From the IMG/VR virus record IMGVR_UViG_3300007542_000129, positions 1-28,456 of that record: a stretch of 28,456 bases of DNA, one strand, 5' to 3'. Made by a program: the position numbers and the translations under genes. Position 1 is the first letter of the stretch. Each line of letters opens with the position of its first letter. The notes under the pieces are model-generated. The model was not told the DNA's origin, did not search any database, and saw only the letters and a list, made by a program, of their open reading frames with translations. The DNA is from a virus (Duplodnaviria > Caudoviricetes). Of the stretch, positions 19,049 through 26,798 are shown one piece after another.

Positions 19049-20158
19049 ATGGCTAACAAATTGAAAATTAGGCGTTCTCAAACGAACACAGTGGCCAGTG
19101 CAGGCGCTCTTGAGTTTGGTGAACTTGTATATACAGAAGTAGATGGTAATTTCTACGTAGCAGATTCTAGCAACACTGCTGTTCAAATCGGTAAAGAAAC
19201 AAACGGAAGCACAACAGAATTCTTGCGTGGTGATGGCACTTGGGCAGCCCCAGCAGGCGCGGGTGATGTAGTCGGACCGGCTTCTTCTACTGATAACACC
19301 CTACCACGCTATGATGGCACTACTGGCAAACTAATTCAGGGTTCTGGCGTTGTTGTTGACGACTTAAACAATATGTCGGGTGTCGGTACATTGAATGGTG
19401 CAACCCTGCCATCAAGTGGCACTATCCTCACTGACAATGACATCGGTACTTCTGTTCAGGGTTATGACGCAAACAATGCGCTGACAACTGATATTACCTA
19501 CGAAACACTGAGCGCTAACGGCGACGTAGGTACCGGCTCTGCACAGGTAGCGCAGGGCAACCACCTTCATACTGGCGTGTATGAGCCGGTAGACGCCACC
19601 ATTATCCGTACATCAAATGCTGATGCCTCTGGTTTTAGTTTTGTCGTTGATGAAGACGATATGCTTTCCAACTCGGCAACGAAAGTACCAACTCAACAGT
19701 CTGTTAAAGCCTATGTTGATGCTGTTGCTGCTTCTGAGATGACTTATCGTGGAGGCTATGACGCTTCCACTAACACCCCTGATCTGGATACTGCTCCATC
19801 TGGCATTAGTGTTGGTGATATGTTCACTGTTACTGTTGCGGGTACGTTCTTCGCTACTGCTGTAGAGGCAGGTGATGTCCTTATCGCAGAACAAACTGAC
19901 CCAACAACTGAAGCTCACTGGACGATTGTAAATAAGAATCTTGACTCAGTAGCCTCAGCGGGCACTACCCTGACAGCAGGAGTCGGCCTTGCAGGTGGTG
20001 GCGATCTTTCTGCTAACCGCACATTCGATCTTGACTTCAACGAGTTGACTGCTCAAACAGACGGCCTCGGCACTAATGAGATTGCAGTTCAACTAACTGG
20101 TGGCGGTGCTTTCCGTAAAATGACAGTAGCTAACTTCCTTGATGGTGGCACATTCTAA
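19049..20158 (+). CDS. Tail fibre protein (fibre B, extender-like)
   Basis: GGAGG RBS. N-terminus MANKLKIRRS..LEFGEL; fibre motifs FLRGDGTW, GDVVGPASSTDN..DGTTGKLI, GNHLH, TQQSVKAYVD, YRGGYDASTNTP. Ends in DGGTF. Confidence 0.82.
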   Translation: MANKLKIRRSQTNTVASAGALEFGELVYTEVDGNFYVADSSNTAVQIGKETNGSTTEFLRGDGTWAAPAGAGDVVGPASSTDNTLPRYDGTTGKLIQGSGVVVDDLNNMSGVGTLNGATLPSSGTILTDNDIGTSVQGYDANNALTTDITYETLSANGDVGTGSAQVAQGNHLHTGVYEPVDATIIRTSNADASGFSFVVDEDDMLSNSATKVPTQQSVKAYVDAVAASEMTYRGGYDASTNTPDLDTAPSGISVGDMFTVTVAGTFFATAVEAGDVLIAEQTDPTTEAHWTIVNKNLDSVASAGTTLTAGVGLAGGGDLSANRTFDLDFNELTAQTDGLGTNEIAVQLTGGGAFRKMTVANFLDGGTF

Positions 20159-22714
20159 ATGGCGAATCAGATCCGCATAAAACGTGGGTTAGAAGCAAAC
20201 CGCAGCGGGGTAACCCCCGCTGAGGGTGAGCTTTTATACACAACAGATGAAAAGAAAGTCTACATTGGTGATGGATCAACTGCCGGTGGTATCTTGGTTA
20301 CTGGCTCAGGAACTGGTACTCCCGGCATAACAACTACTGCTACCGGTGAGGCAATCATTATTGATGTTAATAATGACGTAGAAATTACTGGCGATCTAAC
20401 TGTTAATGGGTTTGTTTTACAGAACAGTGCCCAGTTCGAAACAACAGCCGGGGTTACAGTTGGTACAGGTGAAGTAGCTTGGAACCCGGACGAAGGAACG
20501 CTTGATGTTGGTTTACTAAATGGTTCAGTAAATCAGCTTGGTCAAGAAGTCAGTTATATTGTAAAGAACCAGACAGGTTCTTTGATACCAAATGGCACTG
20601 CTGTAATGGTTACTGGTACTTTAGGTGCTAGTGGTAGATTGACTATTGCTCCAATGGTTGCTGATGGAACAGTAGAAGCAAAATATTTCATTGGTGTCAC
20701 CACTCACGATATTGCTGATGGTGAAGACGGGTACGTAACTCATTTTGGTAAAGTTCGTGGACTTAATTTAACATCGTTTTCAGATGGTGATGTTTTATTT
20801 GTTGATCCAGCGACTCCCGGTGGGTTTATAGCAACCGAACCCAGTGATGGGGTTTTAAAACTACCTACTGCCTTTGTAATCTATAATGGTGGCGGTAATA
20901 CTACGCAAGGTGTACTTTTTGTCCGTTCGACACAAGGTAGTTATCTAAGACACGCACATGATGTACGGCTAACAAATATTTCAACTGGAGATATTTTAGT
21001 TTGGGATAATGAGAACTCTGAGTTTATTAACGCACAAGAAACAGACCCAGTTTTCAATGCTTCTGCCGCAAGCGGTATTCTCGTTGGAGATATAACAAAC
21101 TGGAACACTGCTTACGGTTGGGGGGATCACTCAACTCAGGGGTATCTAACCGCTGAGACCGACCCTGTGTTTTCTGTGTCTGCCGCAAGCGGTATTCTCG
21201 TTGGAGATATAACAAACTGGAACACTGCTTACGGTTGGGGTGATCACTCTACTCAGGGGTATCTAACTGATATAACCGGCGAATCTATTAAAGATTTATC
21301 TGATGTTAATTCAGGTATGACTCCAACAGATACACAAGTATTGCGATATGATAATGCGAATAGTCGTTGGGATGCTTCAACATTAAATGATATTACTACT
21401 GCTGATGCGATATTAGCAGTTGCGAATGTTACTGCCGATATGACAGGGTTTCCAAACCGCACAGATACTACTATTTCATTTAACCCAACTACTAGAACAG
21501 CTACAATCGCACCAACTGGTGCGTCAGCATCATACTGGTATAGGGGTACTGAGTTTACGTTTTCCACACCAAAGACATTTCAGATAGACGATGTAACTGC
21601 TCAGAACTACATTAATATAGATCAAAACGGTAATTTATATGCGGCGGGTGCTGTTCCCGGAATTAGACATAACCTGCTTTGTATGTACGTTGTTTGGAAC
21701 GCTACAGATGGTAATGCTTTTATTTTTGGTGATGAACGACACTCATCTGAACGAGATACAGAATGGCATCATTATGAACACGAAACAGAAGGCGCACAAT
21801 GGAGAAGTGGTGGTGGTTTAACTTACACATTGAATGACGATACTGCTACTTCTATTGGTGTTGAAAACCTAATAATCTCTGATGAAGATTTAGACCACGA
21901 AATTAACCATTCAGCGACACCAACTGCTAATTATGAACAAATATTAAGTGGTGCGGCAAATCTTCCTGTTTTATACAGAAACGGCACTGAATGGTCGCAA
22001 ATAACTCCATCAACTGATCCTTGGGTTGCCGGTACTTCACTTGCTAGTTATAACGCTATTGATGGTGGTGGGTCTGGTTCACTTACAGATGCGTCAGAAG
22101 GTGATTACATTTCATATTGGATGGTTGCGACTAACGATATTTACTATCCAATAAAATTAATTCTAGGTAATAGTACATACGCTTCTAATGAAGATGCTTA
22201 TGGTGAAAGTTGGGATTCTTTCGGTGTTCCTGTTTCTGAGATTGTTCCGATGTATCAAATCATCTTACAAACAAGTGCTTCGTACACAAACAGTACAGCA
22301 AAGGTTGTTATTGCTGATGTTAGAATCATTACAGATCGTGCCTCAACTTCTTCTGGCGCGTTTACAGCAACAAGTCACGATTCCTTATCAGGTAGATCAG
22401 ACGCAAACCAACATCCGATTAGTGCTATTACTAATTTACAAACAACACTTGATGCTAAAGAACCCTCTATTACAAAATCTACTGGATATGCTACTTGGAA
22501 TGGAAGTGCTTGGTCTTTCTTGAACGAAACATACCTTCAGGACATAACCGGTGAAAACATAGACTCACTAAGTAATGTTGTTATAAGTACGCCAACAAAT
22601 GGTCAGGTACTAAAATATAACGGAAGTAATTGGGTCAATGGCACTGATGAAAGTGGTGCTGGCGGCGGTATAACTACTGGCAAAGCAATCGCAATGGCAA
22701 TAGTTTTTGGTTAA
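20159..22714 (+). CDS. Long tail fibre protein (fibre C) with Mtd_N/hyaluronidase-N-like N-terminus
   Basis: MANQIRIKRG..PAEGELLYTTDEKKVYIGDG; internal NWNTAYGWGDHS repeats; L.DV..GQVL.Y..W repeats; HPISAITNL; ends GITTGKAIAMAIVFG. Confidence 0.85.
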   Translation: MANQIRIKRGLEANRSGVTPAEGELLYTTDEKKVYIGDGSTAGGILVTGSGTGTPGITTTATGEAIIIDVNNDVEITGDLTVNGFVLQNSAQFETTAGVTVGTGEVAWNPDEGTLDVGLLNGSVNQLGQEVSYIVKNQTGSLIPNGTAVMVTGTLGASGRLTIAPMVADGTVEAKYFIGVTTHDIADGEDGYVTHFGKVRGLNLTSFSDGDVLFVDPATPGGFIATEPSDGVLKLPTAFVIYNGGGNTTQGVLFVRSTQGSYLRHAHDVRLTNISTGDILVWDNENSEFINAQETDPVFNASAASGILVGDITNWNTAYGWGDHSTQGYLTAETDPVFSVSAASGILVGDITNWNTAYGWGDHSTQGYLTDITGESIKDLSDVNSGMTPTDTQVLRYDNANSRWDASTLNDITTADAILAVANVTADMTGFPNRTDTTISFNPTTRTATIAPTGASASYWYRGTEFTFSTPKTFQIDDVTAQNYINIDQNGNLYAAGAVPGIRHNLLCMYVVWNATDGNAFIFGDERHSSERDTEWHHYEHETEGAQWRSGGGLTYTLNDDTATSIGVENLIISDEDLDHEINHSATPTANYEQILSGAANLPVLYRNGTEWSQITPSTDPWVAGTSLASYNAIDGGGSGSLTDASEGDYISYWMVATNDIYYPIKLILGNSTYASNEDAYGESWDSFGVPVSEIVPMYQIILQTSASYTNSTAKVVIADVRIITDRASTSSGAFTATSHDSLSGRSDANQHPISAITNLQTTLDAKEPSITKSTGYATWNGSAWSFLNETYLQDITGENIDSLSNVVISTPTNGQVLKYNGSNWVNGTDESGAGGGITTGKAIAMAIVFG
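21038..21268 (+). repeat. Tandem 117-nt (39-aa) duplication within fibre C
   Basis: Units start at 21038 and 21155. 21062-21123 is identical to 21179-21240 (62 nt), and there are only 2 mismatches over 21062-21150 versus 21179-21267. Confidence 0.95.
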
Positions 22715-22726
22715 GGGGATTTTTAA

Positions 22727-23086
22727 ATGGCGGCTCCAAATATAGTAGACGTAACAACAATTACAGGTAAAACTGATGTACAGTCAGTTACAACAACAGC
22801 GACAGCAATAACAACTAACTCTGCGGCATCTGGTCAAGTTTATAAAGTAAACTCACTTACAATATCAAACATTGATGGCACTAATGATGCAGATATAACT
22901 GTAGACTTATATAGAGGTGCTACAGCATATAGATTGGCTAGCACAATTACAGTACCAGCGGCAGCAACATTGGTTGTTTTGTCAAAAGATAGTGCAGTTT
23001 ATCTTGAAGAAGGCGATGCTCTGCGTTGCACAGCTTCTGCCAATGGTGATTTACAGGCAATTTGTTCTTACGAGATTATAGCTTAG
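22727..23086 (+). CDS. Small beta-rich fibre connector/adaptor protein (D)
   Basis: MAAPNIVDVTTITGKT..NIDGTN..YLEEGD..SYEII: a conserved phage family I recall directly following fibres that end in GKAIAMAIVFG. Confidence 0.7.
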   Translation: MAAPNIVDVTTITGKTDVQSVTTTATAITTNSAASGQVYKVNSLTISNIDGTNDADITVDLYRGATAYRLASTITVPAAATLVVLSKDSAVYLEEGDALRCTASANGDLQAICSYEIIA

Positions 23087-23089
23087 TCC

Positions 23090-24691
23090 ATGTTAAAAAA
23101 GACTAGAAATGGGTCAATGATTGGTTCTACATTGAATCAATTAACTACAGATTATTATCAGTGGTTTGATGAGACTCAAGCCGGTATTGCTACTATATCG
23201 CTTGTTGGTTTTACTTTCGGCGCTAATAGTGATGCCACATTACCATCTGGGTTACAACAGAATGACTTTGTAATTATTGCTACTGGATCAGATAACACAC
23301 TATCTACTGTTCCTACAGGTTGGACAGAGTTTACTCTACAGCACACTAGGACAAGTTCACGAGAAATGGCGATGTATAAAGTCATGGGTGCTACACCAGA
23401 TACGACTGCTGCTATTGGTACAGGTGTAAACTGGATTGTTACAGCATGGAGAGATGTTGATTTAATCACACCATTTGCTTATTCAACTGATGGTATTAAC
23501 GTAAATAGTAATATGCCTGACCCACCATCAGTTACTACTGTTACCGCAAATCCTAGTGTGATTGTTGCTATTGGCTGTCTTGATGATGATGAATTAGCTG
23601 AAGATAGTGTTACAGCACCAACAAATTATACAATGATTAAGCAGATTGGAACTGGTCAAACATTTGGCTCATTAATGGTTGCTTATAGAGCAGACTTTAA
23701 TGGTACAGATAACCCATCAGCTTTTGGTGGTACAGGTAACGATGCTTGGGGCGCTTACAGTATTGCTCTGAACCCTGCTGAAACAACAGGTGCTTGGGTT
23801 GATGGAAATAAAAAGAACTCTGGTGTTTGGGATATTGTTGCCTTTAATGACTCAGAGACTTTACAAAACAATGTGACACTTCCCGGACAAGTTGAGTTTA
23901 CAACAGCCGGTTCTGGTACATGGACTGTACCATCTGGTGTATCTGAAATATCTGTCGTATGTATCGGCGGCGGCGGCGGTGGTTCTGCTTCTCCGGGTAC
24001 TTCTAATGAATCCGGCGCAGGCGGCGGTGGTGGTGGATTAGGCTACGCAACATTAGCAGTAACAGCCGGTGAAGACTTAGACTATGTTGTTGGTGCTGGC
24101 GGTGCTGGTGGTGCTTCTGGAACAGCATCGGGAACTAATGGCGGCGACTCAACTTTATCAAGAGGTGCTACTGTATTGGTTTCGGGTCTTGGTGGTACTG
24201 GTGGTCAGTCATTGGGTGATGGAGCAACAACTTTTGCGGGCGGTTCTTTCACTGGTGATGGTGGTGGAAGCGGCGGAAGCGGTGGAGCATCAAACACTAA
24301 CCAAGGCGGTGGCGGTGGCGGCGGAGCCGGTGGTTACACGGGGGATGGCGGTAATGGCGGCACAACTAACTCTGGGACAGGATCAAATGGGATTGGTGGC
24401 GCAGGTGGTGGCGGCGGCGGTCAATCGACAGGTGGCGCGTACAACAACGGCGGCGGCGGTACAGGTATTTACGGTGAAGGTACAAGTGGAACAGGTGGAA
24501 ATGTAGATAGTCCGGGAACGGGTGGTTCTGGAGGAACCACAGGTAGTGCTAACGGCGGTGTATTTGGTGCTGGTGGTGGTTCTCCTGAAGATGATACAGC
24601 ACTTGGTGGGGGTAATGGTGGAGATGGTGCTATAAGAATAATATGGGGAACTGGTAGGTTCTACCCATCAACCGGAACGGCGGATGTGTAA
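23090..24691 (+). CDS. Glycine-rich tail adhesin / receptor-binding protein (E)
   Basis: 533 aa. C-terminal half FTTAGSGTWTVPSGVSEISVVCIGGGGGG...GGDGAIRIIW has many polyglycine runs (T-even gp38-like composition). Extra beta domain in the N-terminal half. Confidence 0.78.
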   Translation: MLKKTRNGSMIGSTLNQLTTDYYQWFDETQAGIATISLVGFTFGANSDATLPSGLQQNDFVIIATGSDNTLSTVPTGWTEFTLQHTRTSSREMAMYKVMGATPDTTAAIGTGVNWIVTAWRDVDLITPFAYSTDGINVNSNMPDPPSVTTVTANPSVIVAIGCLDDDELAEDSVTAPTNYTMIKQIGTGQTFGSLMVAYRADFNGTDNPSAFGGTGNDAWGAYSIALNPAETTGAWVDGNKKNSGVWDIVAFNDSETLQNNVTLPGQVEFTTAGSGTWTVPSGVSEISVVCIGGGGGGSASPGTSNESGAGGGGGGLGYATLAVTAGEDLDYVVGAGGAGGASGTASGTNGGDSTLSRGATVLVSGLGGTGGQSLGDGATTFAGGSFTGDGGGSGGSGGASNTNQGGGGGGGAGGYTGDGGNGGTTNSGTGSNGIGGAGGGGGGQSTGGAYNNGGGGTGIYGEGTSGTGGNVDSPGTGGSGGTTGSANGGVFGAGGGSPEDDTALGGGNGGDGAIRIIWGTGRFYPSTGTADV

Positions 24692-25425
24692 TGTCAGTTA
24701 AAAGTAGATTTGGCAGTTATTTTAGAGGTCGATATTTAATCCAAGGTGATTGGCTTAGAATTAAATCACCATCATCGTCTGTAAATACAGCACCAAGTAC
24801 AATTCTTGATTTCAATTATTCTGACGCTCAAGGAATTTATGATTTAACATCGACACATCAGTTTCCTAACCTTGTTGGCCCGCAATATGAGCTTGGACTT
24901 ACACCCTCTTTGTTCACAATATCAGGTGAACTTGATGCTTGGACACAAAGAGTCGTTGATATATCTGGATATGCTGGTGCTACTGTATACTTGGTTTTTG
25001 CTTACCAAAACGGTACTGCGGGTGCTAGCTCTTGGCAGGGTGACTTACAGTTAGATGCTATAAATCTAGATGGAAATCTGTACTCATTTGAAAATACTGG
25101 TGAATCATTTCAAACAAGCAGTGCGGGTGAGACAACCTATGCCTCAGTGACATGGAGCAACGTAATTGTAAATACCGCATCGAACTCGTTTGCTTGGCAG
25201 GTGGATACTGGCGGTACAGGCTCCACAGGTACAGGTAGAACAGATGCGGCTGATGGAACATATTATGTGTATACAGAGACCTCCGCGCCCGCAACGTTTG
25301 GATCGTATTTCTGGTTAAGAAGTCCGCAAATAATATTATCTGGTGCTCCAACATTATCGTTTTATGAAGCAAGATTAGGTCCGAATATAGGACAACTAGA
25401 TGTATATCTGGATGTTATAGCATAG
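24691..25425 (+). CDS. Putative adhesin with MAM-like domain (F)
   Basis: TAATG coupling. WQV..GGTGSTGTG..DGTYYVYTETS..LRSP..LSFY..G..IGQLDV and W....VDIS..GDLQLDAINL resemble MAM consensus blocks. Confidence 0.62.
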   Translation: MSVKSRFGSYFRGRYLIQGDWLRIKSPSSSVNTAPSTILDFNYSDAQGIYDLTSTHQFPNLVGPQYELGLTPSLFTISGELDAWTQRVVDISGYAGATVYLVFAYQNGTAGASSWQGDLQLDAINLDGNLYSFENTGESFQTSSAGETTYASVTWSNVIVNTASNSFAWQVDTGGTGSTGTGRTDAADGTYYVYTETSAPATFGSYFWLRSPQIILSGAPTLSFYEARLGPNIGQLDVYLDVIA

Positions 25426-25435
25426 AGGAATAAAA

Positions 25436-25876
25436 ATGGCATTATATTCATTTAACGGTGCTTACCCAACTCAGTTACCTAATAAGATTACATTGAGTGA
25501 CGGCACAACAAGAACTGATAAGGCAGCGTTTACGGCAGAAGAAATACTGGATGCTGGGTGGATAGAAGTTGCAAACCCACCCTCAGCATCTTACCCAAAT
25601 GTGTTGGAGTGGGTCAATGGTACTTGGAATGTAAGACCGCCAAACACCAGTGAAACGCTTATGAAAATACAGCAGTTAAGAGACTTATCGTTAGATAAAC
25701 TGAATCAAACTGATTACAGAGTTATTAAAGCCTATGAAACGGGTGTGGCACTAGACGCACATTGGGTTACATACAGGCAAGAACTGAGAGATTTTTATAA
25801 CAGCATTCCATCTGATCCAGACCCTTGGAATGCTACCCTCCCAACTGTAAACATAGTAGGTCAAGACGAGATCTAA
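25436..25876 (+). CDS. Tail fibre assembly chaperone-like protein
   Basis: GAGGA RBS. C-terminal LNQTDYRVIKAYETG..WVTYRQELRD..WN..P pattern of fibre assembly chaperones. Confidence 0.72.
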   Translation: MALYSFNGAYPTQLPNKITLSDGTTRTDKAAFTAEEILDAGWIEVANPPSASYPNVLEWVNGTWNVRPPNTSETLMKIQQLRDLSLDKLNQTDYRVIKAYETGVALDAHWVTYRQELRDFYNSIPSDPDPWNATLPTVNIVGQDEI

Positions 25877-25877
25877 A

Positions 25878-26174
25878 ATGTATTTTCCTGTATTCGGATT
25901 TGGTCATCTTGCGTTATCGAGGGCTTATAAAGTCGAATTCATCGACGAGAATGGCGTATGGCAGGAAATAATCAGGATAAGTAGCTACGTAAACAAAAAA
26001 GAAGAGAAGGGCATTAACCTGTGTTTCAGTGAGAATTTTGATGTCTTTATTGATGAATTGATGGAATTTGAAAGTAGCCTTATGTTCGCAAGCAACTTAG
26101 ATGCTAGAATCTATGGAAATGAGCTAATAAATAGCTATATATCAAAACAATATGCTGACGAGGTAGAACTGTAA
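25878..26174 (+). CDS. Hypothetical acidic protein
   Basis: 98 aa, exactly fills the gap between two coupled genes, with TAATG at its 3' end. No recognised motif. Confidence 0.55.
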   Translation: MYFPVFGFGHLALSRAYKVEFIDENGVWQEIIRISSYVNKKEEKGINLCFSENFDVFIDELMEFESSLMFASNLDARIYGNELINSYISKQYADEVEL

Positions 26175-26482
26175 TGGCTGCTAACGAAATTCACCTAAAT
26201 GACATAGGTACTATTTTTGAACTGACTCTGATGGATGACACTGTAGTCGTCGATGTAAGTACAGCGATTACTAAAGAGATTATCTTTGAAAAACCGGACA
26301 AGACAACCACAGTACAAACGGCTTCTTTTACAACAGATGGAACGGACGGGAAGATAAGGTACGTAGTTATCTCGGGTGATCTTGATCAGATTGGGTCGTG
26401 GAGGATTCAAGGCAAAGTAACTCTGCCTACAGGTACTTGGTCAAGCGATATTTCTAAATTCAAAGTGTACGATAATCTTTAA
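26174..26482 (+). CDS. Small Ig-like virion protein (BppU N-terminal-like)
   Basis: DIGTIF..D.S.A..I.F.KPD..TDGTDGKIRY..GDLDQ.G.W..Q..V..F.V..NL pattern. Confidence 0.65.
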   Translation: MAANEIHLNDIGTIFELTLMDDTVVVDVSTAITKEIIFEKPDKTTTVQTASFTTDGTDGKIRYVVISGDLDQIGSWRIQGKVTLPTGTWSSDISKFKVYDNL

Positions 26483-26515
26483 AACAAAAAAAAACCCGGA
26501 CTTTTGGTCCGGGTT
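26481..26515 (-). terminator. Rho-independent terminator for the minus-strand operon
   Basis: 9-bp stem AACCCGGAC (26493-26501) / GTCCGGGTT (26507-26515) with a 5-nt loop. The A-run at 26481-26494 reads as a U-tract on the minus strand. Confidence 0.85.
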
Positions 26516-26535
26516 CAAAGCAACTTATCACACAT

Positions 26536-26569
26536 CTATCATCCGCGAGGATGATAGTAGTTTATTCAA
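26536..26569 (+). terminator. Hairpin, candidate terminator or stability element for the plus-strand late transcript
   Basis: Perfect 9-bp stem CTATCATCC / GGATGATAG (26536-26557) with a GCGA (GNRA) loop, followed by a weak T-rich tail TAGTTTATT. Confidence 0.5.
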
Positions 26570-26798
26570 CTTCTTTTGGTGTGTCAATCAATAGTGGTTT
26601 AAATAATTCAAAGGGGTTGTCCCATGCGAGAATTGCGTGAGGTATGATCTGTTCACCTTGTTTGGTACAGATCGCAGCGCGTTCTTCGTCATCAGGTACA
26701 GTTTTCACAGGTAGGATAACAACTTCGGCCCCTTGGGACATGAGCTTCTGGAACAGTTTGAAGTTGTTTTGGTAGGTCGTTAGGTCGTCGAGCGTCAA
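26562..26798 (-). CDS. Hypothetical protein
   Basis: 78 aa; the TTG start overlaps the exonuclease TGA, and the ORF ends just before the hairpins. Confidence 0.6.
   Translation of the reverse strand: MTLDDLTTYQNNFKLFQKLMSQGAEVVILPVKTVPDDEERAAICTKQGEQIIPHAILAWDNPFELFKPLLIDTPKEVE

Noticed and set aside
21038-21268. CRISPR-like array
   Set aside because: Only two contiguous 117-nt coding units, with no unique spacers.
24084-24506. 140-aa Val-rich alternative-frame ORF
   Set aside because: A frame-shift shadow of GGT/GGC polyglycine codons, which lack stops; no RBS evidence.
20159-25425. Diversity-generating retroelement, suggested by the Mtd_N-like N-terminus and an internal repeat
   Set aside because: No reverse transcriptase in the window. 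The repeat is tandem, in-frame and mid-gene, and its mismatches are not adenine-specific TR/VR differences.
23090-25425. Invertible shufflon of alternative adhesins
   Set aside because: All genes are on one strand with their own starts; no invertase or flanking inverted repeats were seen.
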